Shown here piece after piece: positions 56,216 to 64,000 of a stretch of DNA of 64,000 bases. Made by a program: the position numbers and the translations under genes. The stretch lies in the IMG/VR virus record IMGVR_UViG_2740892427_000001; one strand, 5' to 3'. The stretch comes from a virus (lineage: Duplodnaviria > Heunggongvirae > Uroviricota > Caudoviricetes). Under the pieces are notes generated by a model. It was not told where the DNA came from. It worked only from the letters and a program-made list of their open reading frames with translations, and ran no database searches. The number at the start of each line of letters is the position of its first letter. Position 1 is the stretch's first letter.

Positions 56216-56694
56216 TGTTGTTTTGCCTCCATATGTTGATCGATTTGCTCATGTGTTTCTTTTGTTGTTTCTTCAAGCAACGCCGCATACACGTCAGTGA
56301 TCGCTGTTTGTGATGTGGCGCTCTTCTTAACCATGCTATTAATCGTTACACTGTCACGTTTTCGTTTTATAGTTCTGGCTTGTTTATTCCGTTCTTCAAC
56401 CTCCTTAATGAGTGCGGTCATATCTTCGAAATACAGAGATTCTCCTTTACGAATCTCTTCAACCATCATTTTTAACGCCTTGCATTTGCCTGCTTTGATA
56501 GCGGTTGCGCACGACTGGAATGAAGTTCGAGGAAGACGGTTTTCTTTGAAGGCAAGAATGGTGTGCTGGCAAACGGAGTAGCTGCAATATGCCGACTCAC
56601 CGTTTATCTTTACTTCCTCACAACGAAGTGAATAACCATTATTTCCTGAAATAGAGGGGATTTTTGACAAATCAGCTTTCACAACCACCGCCAC
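56212..56694 (-). CDS. Cys-rich hypothetical protein
   Basis: 160 aa ORF, stop overlaps ligase start. Confidence 0.45.
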   Translation of the reverse strand: MAVVVKADLSKIPSISGNNGYSLRCEEVKINGESAYCSYSVCQHTILAFKENRLPRTSFQSCATAIKAGKCKALKMMVEEIRKGESLYFEDMTALIKEVEERNKQARTIKRKRDSVTINSMVKKSATSQTAITDVYAALLEETTKETHEQIDQHMEAKQQ

Positions 56695-56749
56695 AAATAA
56701 TCTTGTACTTACCTATCATTCTTTGCGTAAAAAACGACACACTGAGAGA

Positions 56750-57532
56750 TTACCAACTTCCCCAGCTAATCATCTTGCGCTGATTGCTTTCTAAGCGATA
56801 GGGGGCAAGAAGCTCTGTGACATGATTGGTGGCGTATGATTTAGCCTCTTGCTCTATCATCGGTAATTCGTTAGCAATCCTGACCACCTTCCCAGCAAAT
56901 TCCGCCATTACGCCATCACATGCCTTCCCAGCATCAATAACGATATGCACCAGATCCAACTGGCTTTTGCACATGTCCCAAAGAGTCGAATATTCGCTCT
57001 CCCTGATTACATTTACGGCATCATTAGCCCCTTTATTAAGCAAGACTTCCAACAGGTTTGTCGGGGTAACGAAATCGGCTTTAAGTGACAATGTTCTCTC
57101 ACCTTTTATCGACCGTAAGTACTCTTCGTAGTTTTGCTTGTCTTCCAGCAAAACTAAGCTATGCATAGTTAGAAGTGATTCCTGAATAGCCTCTTCAATA
57201 ATACTGTCGTTTGGCGCACAAAAAACGGTATTTGTGTAGATCACTTTGCCATCCATCCATGCCCCAACCTGCACTTTAAGACTGATCGGGTTTTCTTTGC
57301 TAATAAAAACAACTAATGCAGAACGCCGTGCACAAGAAGGTTCACCCCATACGTGTAACTTAACCTTCAGATAAGGTAGCCCCGGTAGCGGGATCTCGAC
57401 CAAACGAGTGGCGATATGATCCATTGCTGTTTTTACGGCTTTTTCAATGATGTCTAGCCGATTGCTCTCGCTGATTTCTAAACCAGTTTTATCAATGATG
57501 TCGCAGGCTAATTTCTGAATTTCGTCTTTCAT
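56750..57532 (-). CDS. hypothetical protein
   Basis: 260 aa ORF. Confidence 0.5.
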   Translation of the reverse strand: MKDEIQKLACDIIDKTGLEISESNRLDIIEKAVKTAMDHIATRLVEIPLPGLPYLKVKLHVWGEPSCARRSALVVFISKENPISLKVQVGAWMDGKVIYTNTVFCAPNDSIIEEAIQESLLTMHSLVLLEDKQNYEEYLRSIKGERTLSLKADFVTPTNLLEVLLNKGANDAVNVIRESEYSTLWDMCKSQLDLVHIVIDAGKACDGVMAEFAGKVVRIANELPMIEQEAKSYATNHVTELLAPYRLESNQRKMISWGSW

Positions 57533-57607
57533 ACAAACTCCTAGCTAACAGATGAAAGTATTCTTACAGAAAGATAAGTAATCATCTACTTATTTTATCG
57601 GCACTTG

Positions 57608-58789
57608 TTACGATAGCGCCTTAATGCCTAAAACCTTGCTTTGCAACTCCAACTGTCTGGTATACGGTTTTGCCCGATAATAGGCTTTGATAATTTGTTC
57701 TGGCGTTGCATCGCCTGGGTCGAGTCCTTCCTCGCCCAAACACGCTACTTTGACATTAAGACCAATACTGGTCAGTCGCCTGGCTGCGGCCATAGTGTTG
57801 CGTATAGCTTGCTTTTCACTATCCCACATCATGATCACATTACGTAATCCACGCGCCTTGAGCGTCAGGAACGCGCCCAACTGATCTTCTGCATCCTGAG
57901 TGGTGTTGCCAGATAGATGCATCCCGAACGTTCCTATTGGTTCCACGTAATCACGTAATGTTTCTTCATCAAAAATAGCTCGTTTAACTCCCATAACATC
58001 GAACGCCCCCTCACAGACAACTACAGTCTGTTTGCCAACTGCATTATGGCCGTTGTAGAGAAACTTACCTGAAGCTGGAAGCTGCATAGGAAAGAGGTAG
58101 CGGCGTTCTGCTGTACCGGTAATGTCTCGTCCCTGAAATGTCTTCATTACCCCATCCAGATCGTAAACCGGTATCAGTATTCGCATATCGAATATCTGTC
58201 CTTTAACCTGATCTGTATACGGATCTACATAGGCGTGCTTGCCTTCGACGCAGTATCGTAGGTCAAAATATTTTGCCATTTCAGGTGATATGTTTCGTTC
58301 AACCAGATAGTCTGGAAGACGGCCATCTATAGGAAGCTCGTAATGACGAGGGAGTGCAACTGGCCCCTCTAACTCGACTGTGCTTGCAAGCACTAGCTCT
58401 TCTTTCTTTGGTGCCCACCCCTGGGAAAGAAGAGCGTTCTGCACATATTCCTCGAACTGTCGTCGTGATTTACCGCTGTAGTGCTTGAGGAAGACCAGCT
58501 TATTGAACTGAATCTCTTCGGGATGATCACCAGCGAAGCATTTGCCGACGCCACTGGTCAGATTGAAATATACCTTCCAGTTGGAGCTGCCGCATACCGG
58601 ACACTCCTTGATATTCACTTCACGACCGCGAGTACTCACGCCTCCACGTCGATAAACGATACCTTCAGTATCCAACCATTGTTCAAAATCTAATTCGGTA
58701 ATTAGCTCTTTCAGCTCGCTCACGATAATTCCACTTTTAACAGGCAATATTGTGACCAACCTAAATGTTGATATAACATAAAGGCTCAT
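57608..58789 (-). CDS. DNA primase (zinc ribbon + TOPRIM)
   Basis: CPVCGSSNWKVYF zinc-binding element; start set to ATG 58789, which has the conserved leader, rather than 58861. Confidence 0.7.
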   Translation of the reverse strand: MSLYVISTFRLVTILPVKSGIIVSELKELITELDFEQWLDTEGIVYRRGGVSTRGREVNIKECPVCGSSNWKVYFNLTSGVGKCFAGDHPEEIQFNKLVFLKHYSGKSRRQFEEYVQNALLSQGWAPKKEELVLASTVELEGPVALPRHYELPIDGRLPDYLVERNISPEMAKYFDLRYCVEGKHAYVDPYTDQVKGQIFDMRILIPVYDLDGVMKTFQGRDITGTAERRYLFPMQLPASGKFLYNGHNAVGKQTVVVCEGAFDVMGVKRAIFDEETLRDYVEPIGTFGMHLSGNTTQDAEDQLGAFLTLKARGLRNVIMMWDSEKQAIRNTMAAARRLTSIGLNVKVACLGEEGLDPGDATPEQIIKAYYRAKPYTRQLELQSKVLGIKALS

Positions 58790-58870
58790 GTGTTTTTCTT
58801 TTGTGGTTTGGCAAAAGAAAAGTTGTTTCACCAATGAATCAAGCGTGGAGGTGTTCTCCACGCTTATTTT

Positions 58871-60211
58871 TTAGGTAACGTCTAAGATTCGCTCAATGAA
58901 GCGCATTTGTTCGAGGTTTTGTTTAACGCGAATGCTGATCCCTCCCTGCTGGTTACGTGAACCAGCAAAGTAGAGACGAGCCTCTCCTTTCGCTTCTTCT
59001 TCTTCGGTTTTGTTGATCGTTATTACCAGGTCAGCAATACGTACTTTTTCGATGTTGTCGGCAGCGTGCATCATTGTGGCAACTTCTGACGCGCCACCTT
59101 CACGGTTTGTCTGCGATGCCGTGATCCCAGCAACGTTATGCTTGTCATAAAGAGCACGTAAATCGGTGTAGATACTACGAATGTTGGCGCGATCATCACG
59201 AAGGTCATAACTGGCACGCATCAAATCTGCGTAGTCGACAACAACCATGTCAGGTACCATGCCGTTGGCTTTCATGCTGTTAAGCATACGGTCCAGATCT
59301 GCCGGTGACATACTTCCTGACGGACGCTCAACCACCCACAAACTACCAATCCCCTTCGTGGCTCCCAACTCTGCCAACTTACGATGAACCTCATCGCGCC
59401 GTTCCACCAGCTTGGACATTTCTGTCTCCGACAATCTTGCATCAAAACGGTCGGATAAAATGGTGGTGTGAACCTCCAGCGAGAGATACAGAACATTGTA
59501 GCCAGCAAGCGTTGCGTTTATGGAAAACTCACCCATTGCGGTCGATTTACCGGATTTAGCGAACCCCATGAAGAGCACCATTTCGCGCTTTGCCCAGCCT
59601 TTTTGGTACAGCAACCTATCGAGCAGAGGGAGTCCAGTTGTAATGCTGTTTGGCACATACTCCTCTGAAGCCTCATATTCACGCGCTTTCAATCGCTCAC
59701 TTGCGGAGGTGTAGTAGTCATAGATTCCGGTCGCTTCGTTCGATCCAATCTGCTGAACCTTGGCCATGATTGCCATCGCCCCCTGAAAGTCGCCTTTCTC
59801 TTTCAGTTCAGCAGCCTTAATCAGAGCATCATCAAACGCTACACTTTTTGCGAAGGTTGATACCTGGTCAACCATGTACGAGGTATCGGACAATTTTTCT
59901 GCAAGAATGCGCTTAAACGCAGCAACAACATCGGCGAATAGTTCCTCACGGATAGTCTTATCGCGTTTCGCACGCTTAAGCATATCCAGAATTGCAGATG
60001 AAGAGGGCGCGCTCTTGTACATACGGTAATAGCCCGAAACCATATTAACCAATATGGCATTGGCCGCATTGGCAAATTGGCTAGGCACAACCAGATCTCC
60101 CGCACGAGTAAGAAACTCGTGATCACGACAAAAATATGCCGTCAGTCTGTTCTGGAAATCTTCATCAAACTCTTCGGACAGCCCGCGTCCTGTATGGCAA
60201 AGTTCGGTCAT
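58871..60211 (-). CDS. DnaB-family replicative helicase
   Basis: Walker A GFAKSGKST and RecA-like C-terminal domain; 446 aa. Confidence 0.75.
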   Translation of the reverse strand: MTELCHTGRGLSEEFDEDFQNRLTAYFCRDHEFLTRAGDLVVPSQFANAANAILVNMVSGYYRMYKSAPSSSAILDMLKRAKRDKTIREELFADVVAAFKRILAEKLSDTSYMVDQVSTFAKSVAFDDALIKAAELKEKGDFQGAMAIMAKVQQIGSNEATGIYDYYTSASERLKAREYEASEEYVPNSITTGLPLLDRLLYQKGWAKREMVLFMGFAKSGKSTAMGEFSINATLAGYNVLYLSLEVHTTILSDRFDARLSETEMSKLVERRDEVHRKLAELGATKGIGSLWVVERPSGSMSPADLDRMLNSMKANGMVPDMVVVDYADLMRASYDLRDDRANIRSIYTDLRALYDKHNVAGITASQTNREGGASEVATMMHAADNIEKVRIADLVITINKTEEEEAKGEARLYFAGSRNQQGGISIRVKQNLEQMRFIERILDVT

Positions 60212-60254
60212 GTGCTTTCCTTTGTTTTTTAAACAAATTGTTTTCTAGTATTAG

Positions 60255-61004
60255 TTAATTAGATAGGGGATCAATAAACCGCCGTGCTTCTTCCAGTTCT
60301 TCTGGAAAGTGGGCGGAAATAAGGCGCTCTGGAACGATTTCCATTAGCCAGATAGCGGAGAAAATTGCGCGTATGCGCTTGCTGCGAGGGATGGTGCGCA
60401 AACGCTCCAGAATCCACTCAAAATAGCTTTCCTGAATCGGGTTGAACTGCATGTCTCCCATATGCTTAAAGCTAACCAGAGAGTCATCCAGACGGGTTGT
60501 TGCGCGTATGGCTAATTTCTCTTCAAATATCTCAATCAGTTCTGGCTGCCACAAATGCTGTGGGCGAGGCAGCTTGTCCCACAGACGTCGTGCAGCTGCG
60601 GAAAGAACAGTGGAGATAAAGTAGTCGTATGAGCAGCAATAGCGATCCGCAAACTGGCGTGCTTTCCATAGCGACGTTTTATTGGCAGTCGACAACTCCT
60701 GATAAGGCAGGCGTTTTAACCCGGTGGTGAACGGAGCTGTTTCAAAGTGTTCGCGACCGTGCGTCAGCATGATATTTGAGTACTGACGTTTGTATGCCTC
60801 CGTAAAAAGACAGGTGGCCATGAGAGGATGCATGTCGCGGTAATCAAACCACTTCGTCTCGAAGAGTTCAGCCTCGTCTTTACAGCGCGACAAACCAATG
60901 TTTTCAGCGACCCACTTGTCCATAACAGCGGTATTCCACTCTGTCATGAAGTCGTACTGGTCGTTGTCGATGGTATCGAAAAAGATTTGGCTCATGTGGC
61001 TCAC
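60255..61004 (-). CDS. hypothetical protein
   Basis: 249 aa ORF. Confidence 0.5.
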   Translation of the reverse strand: MSHMSQIFFDTIDNDQYDFMTEWNTAVMDKWVAENIGLSRCKDEAELFETKWFDYRDMHPLMATCLFTEAYKRQYSNIMLTHGREHFETAPFTTGLKRLPYQELSTANKTSLWKARQFADRYCCSYDYFISTVLSAAARRLWDKLPRPQHLWQPELIEIFEEKLAIRATTRLDDSLVSFKHMGDMQFNPIQESYFEWILERLRTIPRSKRIRAIFSAIWLMEIVPERLISAHFPEELEEARRFIDPLSN

Positions 61005-61111
61005 CTGGTAGGTAGTTACTTACTTATCACAATGAGCGGATGATAGCGACTGGTGGCAGTTTTTGGAAGTGGAAACGGAAGGGAATGTATCTGGGAAGTC
61101 AGCAGAGAAAA

Positions 61112-61169
61112 GACCTGCTTCCGTATAAATAATAATAAGTAACTTAGTATTTATATACAGAAGCAGGTC
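61112..61169. terminator. second copy of the long conserved hairpin GACCTGCTTCCGTATA / TATACAGAAGCAGGTC
   Basis: 16-bp stems with AT-rich loop; paralog of hairpin at 13546..13604. Confidence 0.5.
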
Positions 61170-61367
61170 AAAAACCAACCCAACCTAGTTTTTAGTCTCA
61201 TGGTATGCAACCTTAAGATCTACTTCAAAACAGCTGCACGCCAGACGGTTGTAACATTGTTAAGTGTAACAAATTATTGTAGATTACTCAGGCACAGAAT
61301 AGCATCTACAACTTAAGAAACGTCCAGAAATAAACAATGTACCAATCACGTAGAAAGGGAATTAAGA

Positions 61368-62045
61368 ATGAAGGCGAATAAGTCAGCGGCACTTTTAGTT
61401 TTATTATTAGCCGGTTGCGCGCAACAAAGTAACCCACAACAAAATGCCACTGTAAAACCAATCCTAACCCAAGAAATATTGCCTTCCTCTAACGTAGAGT
61501 CAAAGGCGAAAATGGGTGACCTTGTCGTTTATAACACGTTTGTGTCCACGTTAAAAACCGACATGGTCACTCTTGGTAACGCTTCTGGTTCGATGTCTGA
61601 GATTAAAGCGGGCAACTACTGCCACGTTGGTGGTGGGGTCTACCGGAACTTTGAAGACTCAAAAGCTGTGGGCCTGAAGGCCATTACAGGGCAGGTAGTG
61701 AGCCACACTGATAACGTCAAGTATGACAAGGTCAAAAACACTATATCTCCTCCAAACACCACGACGTTCGACGCCTCCGAAATATCCATAAAATTCGCAC
61801 AAAATGTCCCCTGCCATGTAGAGAAAAAGATTGTTCAGTCTATTTCTTATAATGGTAAAAGCGGCGAAGAACTTAAATTTATTTATTCCGAAAGCTACCC
61901 ATATTTAGATGAAACTAAGACTGAGTTTTCAGTGCCTCTTTCCGATGCAAAAACCAAAGTCGAATATAAAAACCTGGCATTCAAGGTTATTGAAATGGAG
62001 GGTACTACAATCCGCTACTATGTATTACCATCTGGCAATAAATAA
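61368..62045 (+). CDS. lipoprotein (plus-strand cassette)
   Basis: Signal peptide with lipobox LAGC; convergent with flanking operons. Confidence 0.6.
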   Translation: MKANKSAALLVLLLAGCAQQSNPQQNATVKPILTQEILPSSNVESKAKMGDLVVYNTFVSTLKTDMVTLGNASGSMSEIKAGNYCHVGGGVYRNFEDSKAVGLKAITGQVVSHTDNVKYDKVKNTISPPNTTTFDASEISIKFAQNVPCHVEKKIVQSISYNGKSGEELKFIYSESYPYLDETKTEFSVPLSDAKTKVEYKNLAFKVIEMEGTTIRYYVLPSGNK

Positions 62046-62083
62046 ACTGCTTTAAAATATAGGCGCCATCTGGCGCCTTATTC

Positions 62084-62443
62084 TTAACTCTTCTTCATTA
62101 ACTCGCGTTTAATTTCATCGGTACGCATCGTGACATCGGCAGCTGTGATCGCCTCGTTAAGTTTCACGATATCCTCGATTTCCTGCGGTGATTTCTCTGC
62201 CAAATGGAAAATAGCAGCACGAATCACATCAGAGCGGGTGAACTTCTCGAAACGAGGGATGAACTTCATCATCTCCAGCAGTTCGAAGTATTCGTCTTCC
62301 AGTGACATTGTGCGGCTTTTAATTTTCTCTTTGCCACGAGTCGGGCGTCCCTGTGGTCTGACTGGTTGGCGCAAAGGAGTTGTGTTCTTAGCCGGTGCAT
62401 CAGGCTCTTTGCGCTTTGCTAGGTCACCCATTTTCATGGACAT
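62084..62443 (-). CDS. ParG/ParB-like centromere-binding partition protein
   Basis: 119 aa, basic disordered N-terminus, immediately downstream of parA. Confidence 0.4.
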   Translation of the reverse strand: MSMKMGDLAKRKEPDAPAKNTTPLRQPVRPQGRPTRGKEKIKSRTMSLEDEYFELLEMMKFIPRFEKFTRSDVIRAAIFHLAEKSPQEIEDIVKLNEAITAADVTMRTDEIKRELMKKS

Positions 62444-63111
62444 TATTCTTCTTCCTCCAGACTCAACAGATAATCTACAAATTCTTCAAACTCGGCTTCC
62501 GCCTTTTTGTCGCGCTCGCTACCGGTCATTTCAAAGATAGAACGACCAGACTCTTCCGCATCATCATAGACGTTGCGGTTATATAGATTGACTGGCGCAG
62601 ACTCGATTCCAAACGTCTCAACAATCTCTTTAGCCGCCAGAATGCGAGACACTTGTGATGGCAAAGCCGGGCACTGGTTCATGACCGCGCGGACCTTCAC
62701 TTTATCGTTTACATTACGAACATTGTCGATAATAGGATCAATGTCACGCAGAGATTTCAAATCACGACGCTTAGGACGAAGCGGGATAATGATAACGTCG
62801 GCCATCAGCATCGCTTGTCGCTGAATTTCGGAGTCAAAGCCACCAGCATCTACCACTACATACTCAGCTCTACCCTGAAGCGATTTTAGGTGCTTAATGA
62901 TGTCATCCTGAACGTATGCAAAAGGAATCAGCTCAAGGTCTTCGTTCTGTCGACGGTCTTCACACCAGCTTGTTGTCGTGCGCTGAATATCTATATCGGT
63001 AATATAAACCTTCTTCTTCTTTTTGACTTTCAGGCAAACGGCAATTTGCTGGGCAACGGTGGATTTGCCAGGCCCGCCCTTTGTGCCGCCAACCACAAAG
63101 ATCTTGGTCAT
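62443..63111 (-). CDS. parA: ParA partition ATPase (small type Ib)
   Basis: Deviant Walker A VGGTKGGPGKST; 222 aa. Confidence 0.8.
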   Translation of the reverse strand: MTKIFVVGGTKGGPGKSTVAQQIAVCLKVKKKKKVYITDIDIQRTTTSWCEDRRQNEDLELIPFAYVQDDIIKHLKSLQGRAEYVVVDAGGFDSEIQRQAMLMADVIIIPLRPKRRDLKSLRDIDPIIDNVRNVNDKVKVRAVMNQCPALPSQVSRILAAKEIVETFGIESAPVNLYNRNVYDDAEESGRSIFEMTGSERDKKAEAEFEEFVDYLLSLEEEE

Positions 63112-63429
63112 TGGAGAGTTCCCTTTGCGTATATAATTATCGTCTGAAACAACTTGTTTTCTTATATGTGATATAGCCTAAATGCCTACGGCTGCGGTGT
63201 AAAGGTTAAATGGTAGGTTGTGATTAACAATTGGCAATCATAGCTTGTATTTGTCTGTTGAAAAAAGTAACAATGACCTCTATATTACAAGTACGGTGAT
63301 ATGCCGTACACAATTTGATAATGCACACGTAATGGGCTATAGCCTTTTAAAGTAATTTTTGAGTCGAAAACTCAGTTTGAACAGAGGAGATTGATGGCCT
63401 TCCTACATCACGGCCATCAGGAGGAATAC

Positions 63430-63699
63430 ATGTCAGCACTAAAAAAGCAGCGCATCGATTTGAGATTAACCGATGACGATAAAAGCATCATCGAGGAAGC
63501 TGCCGCAATGTCTAACCAGAGCATTACTCAGTTTATGGTTAGCAGTGCATCTGAACGTGCCGTGAAAGTTATAGAGCAACACCGTAGACTAGTTCTGAAT
63601 GAAGAATCCTGGAATCTGGTTATGGACGCTATAAGCAATCCTCCGGCACCGAACGACAAGCTGAAACGAGCTGCTGATCGTCTGAAAAGCATGGAGTAG
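63430..63699 (+). CDS. TacA-like (DUF1778) antitoxin
   Basis: AGGAGG RBS 5 nt before ATG at 63430; ~89 aa; precedes GNAT toxin gene. Confidence 0.55.
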   Translation: MSALKKQRIDLRLTDDDKSIIEEAAAMSNQSITQFMVSSASERAVKVIEQHRRLVLNEESWNLVMDAISNPPAPNDKLKRAADRLKSME

Positions 63700-63706
63700 T
63701 TTACTC

Positions 63707-64000
63707 GTGAGCAATACAACGATAGAGATTTTCTCTGGAGAGAAAGATTATGATCTAAACGGTTTTGATTGCGGCGAAGAGTCACTAAACGCCTTTTTAG
63801 CCAACCACTTAAAAAGGCAGCATGAGGGAAAAATTCTTCGTGCTTATGTGCTTTGCACTCAAGAAGAAAGGCCAAAAGTGTTAGGATATTACACTTTGTC
63901 AGGTAGTTGTTTTGAAAAGGAGTCCTTACCTTCAAGAAGCAAACAAAAGAAGGTTCCTTATCGGAATGTTCCAAGTGTTACTTTGGGTAGGCTGGCTTTG
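63707..64000 (+). CDS. GNAT acetyltransferase toxin (TacT-like), truncated by window end
   Basis: GTG start; reads VSNTTIEIFSGEKDYDLNGFDCGEESLNAFLANHLK...VTLGRLA; no stop before 64000. Confidence 0.5.
   Translation, partial: MSNTTIEIFSGEKDYDLNGFDCGEESLNAFLANHLKRQHEGKILRAYVLCTQEERPKVLGYYTLSGSCFEKESLPSRSKQKKVPYRNVPSVTLGRLAL

Larger units (their letters stand above)
1530..64000. mobile_element. large phage-plasmid-like element (SSU5/pHCM2-like gene content), left boundary approximate, right end beyond window
   Basis: Continuous minus-strand operons encoding replisome, RNR/ThyA/DHFR, tRNAs, RepA-iteron replicon, ParA, TA modules, integrase; shared promoter and leader motifs throughout. Confidence 0.6.

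Noticed and set aside
2718-64000. Identification of the element as a T5-like lytic phage (suggested by RNR, ThyA, DHFR, tRNAs, SbcCD-like genes)
   Set aside because: T5 uses a family A polymerase and has no RecA, RepA-iteron replicon, ParA or integrase; the gene set fits a phage-plasmid type element better.

Overview
The first ~1.5 kb is ordinary enterobacterial chromosome: the 5' end of metG on the minus strand and the divergent mrp/apbC gene. From about 1.53 kb to the window end the sequence is one large phage-plasmid-like element, read directly from the sequence and ORF track with no database search run. Almost all of its genes are on the minus strand in tightly overlapping operons. It carries its own replisome (DnaE-type Pol III alpha, DnaQ-like exonuclease, DnaB-like helicase, primase, ATP-dependent ligase, T4 gp32-like SSB, flap endonuclease, RNase H), a RecA interrupted by an intein, SbcCD- and RuvC-like recombination nucleases, and a nucleotide-metabolism block (nrdAB, thyA, DHFR, dNMP kinase, glutaredoxin). 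It also has four tRNA genes, a P1/RepFIB-type RepA replicon with three iteron arrays, ParA partition, toxin-antitoxin-like modules, two DNA methyltransferases, and an integrase-like tyrosine recombinase. The overall content resembles SSU5/pHCM2-type phage-plasmids rather than T5. The most interesting features are the P-loop intein in RecA, LexA boxes in front of a UmuD'-like gene and the recombinase, a dispersed palindromic operator-like motif at many promoters, hairpin-bounded repeat modules interleaved with the tRNAs, a small protein with a ClpX-type zinc-binding domain, and the unexplained junction with the chromosome. Functional calls rest on motif recognition from memory and should be confirmed by homology search.
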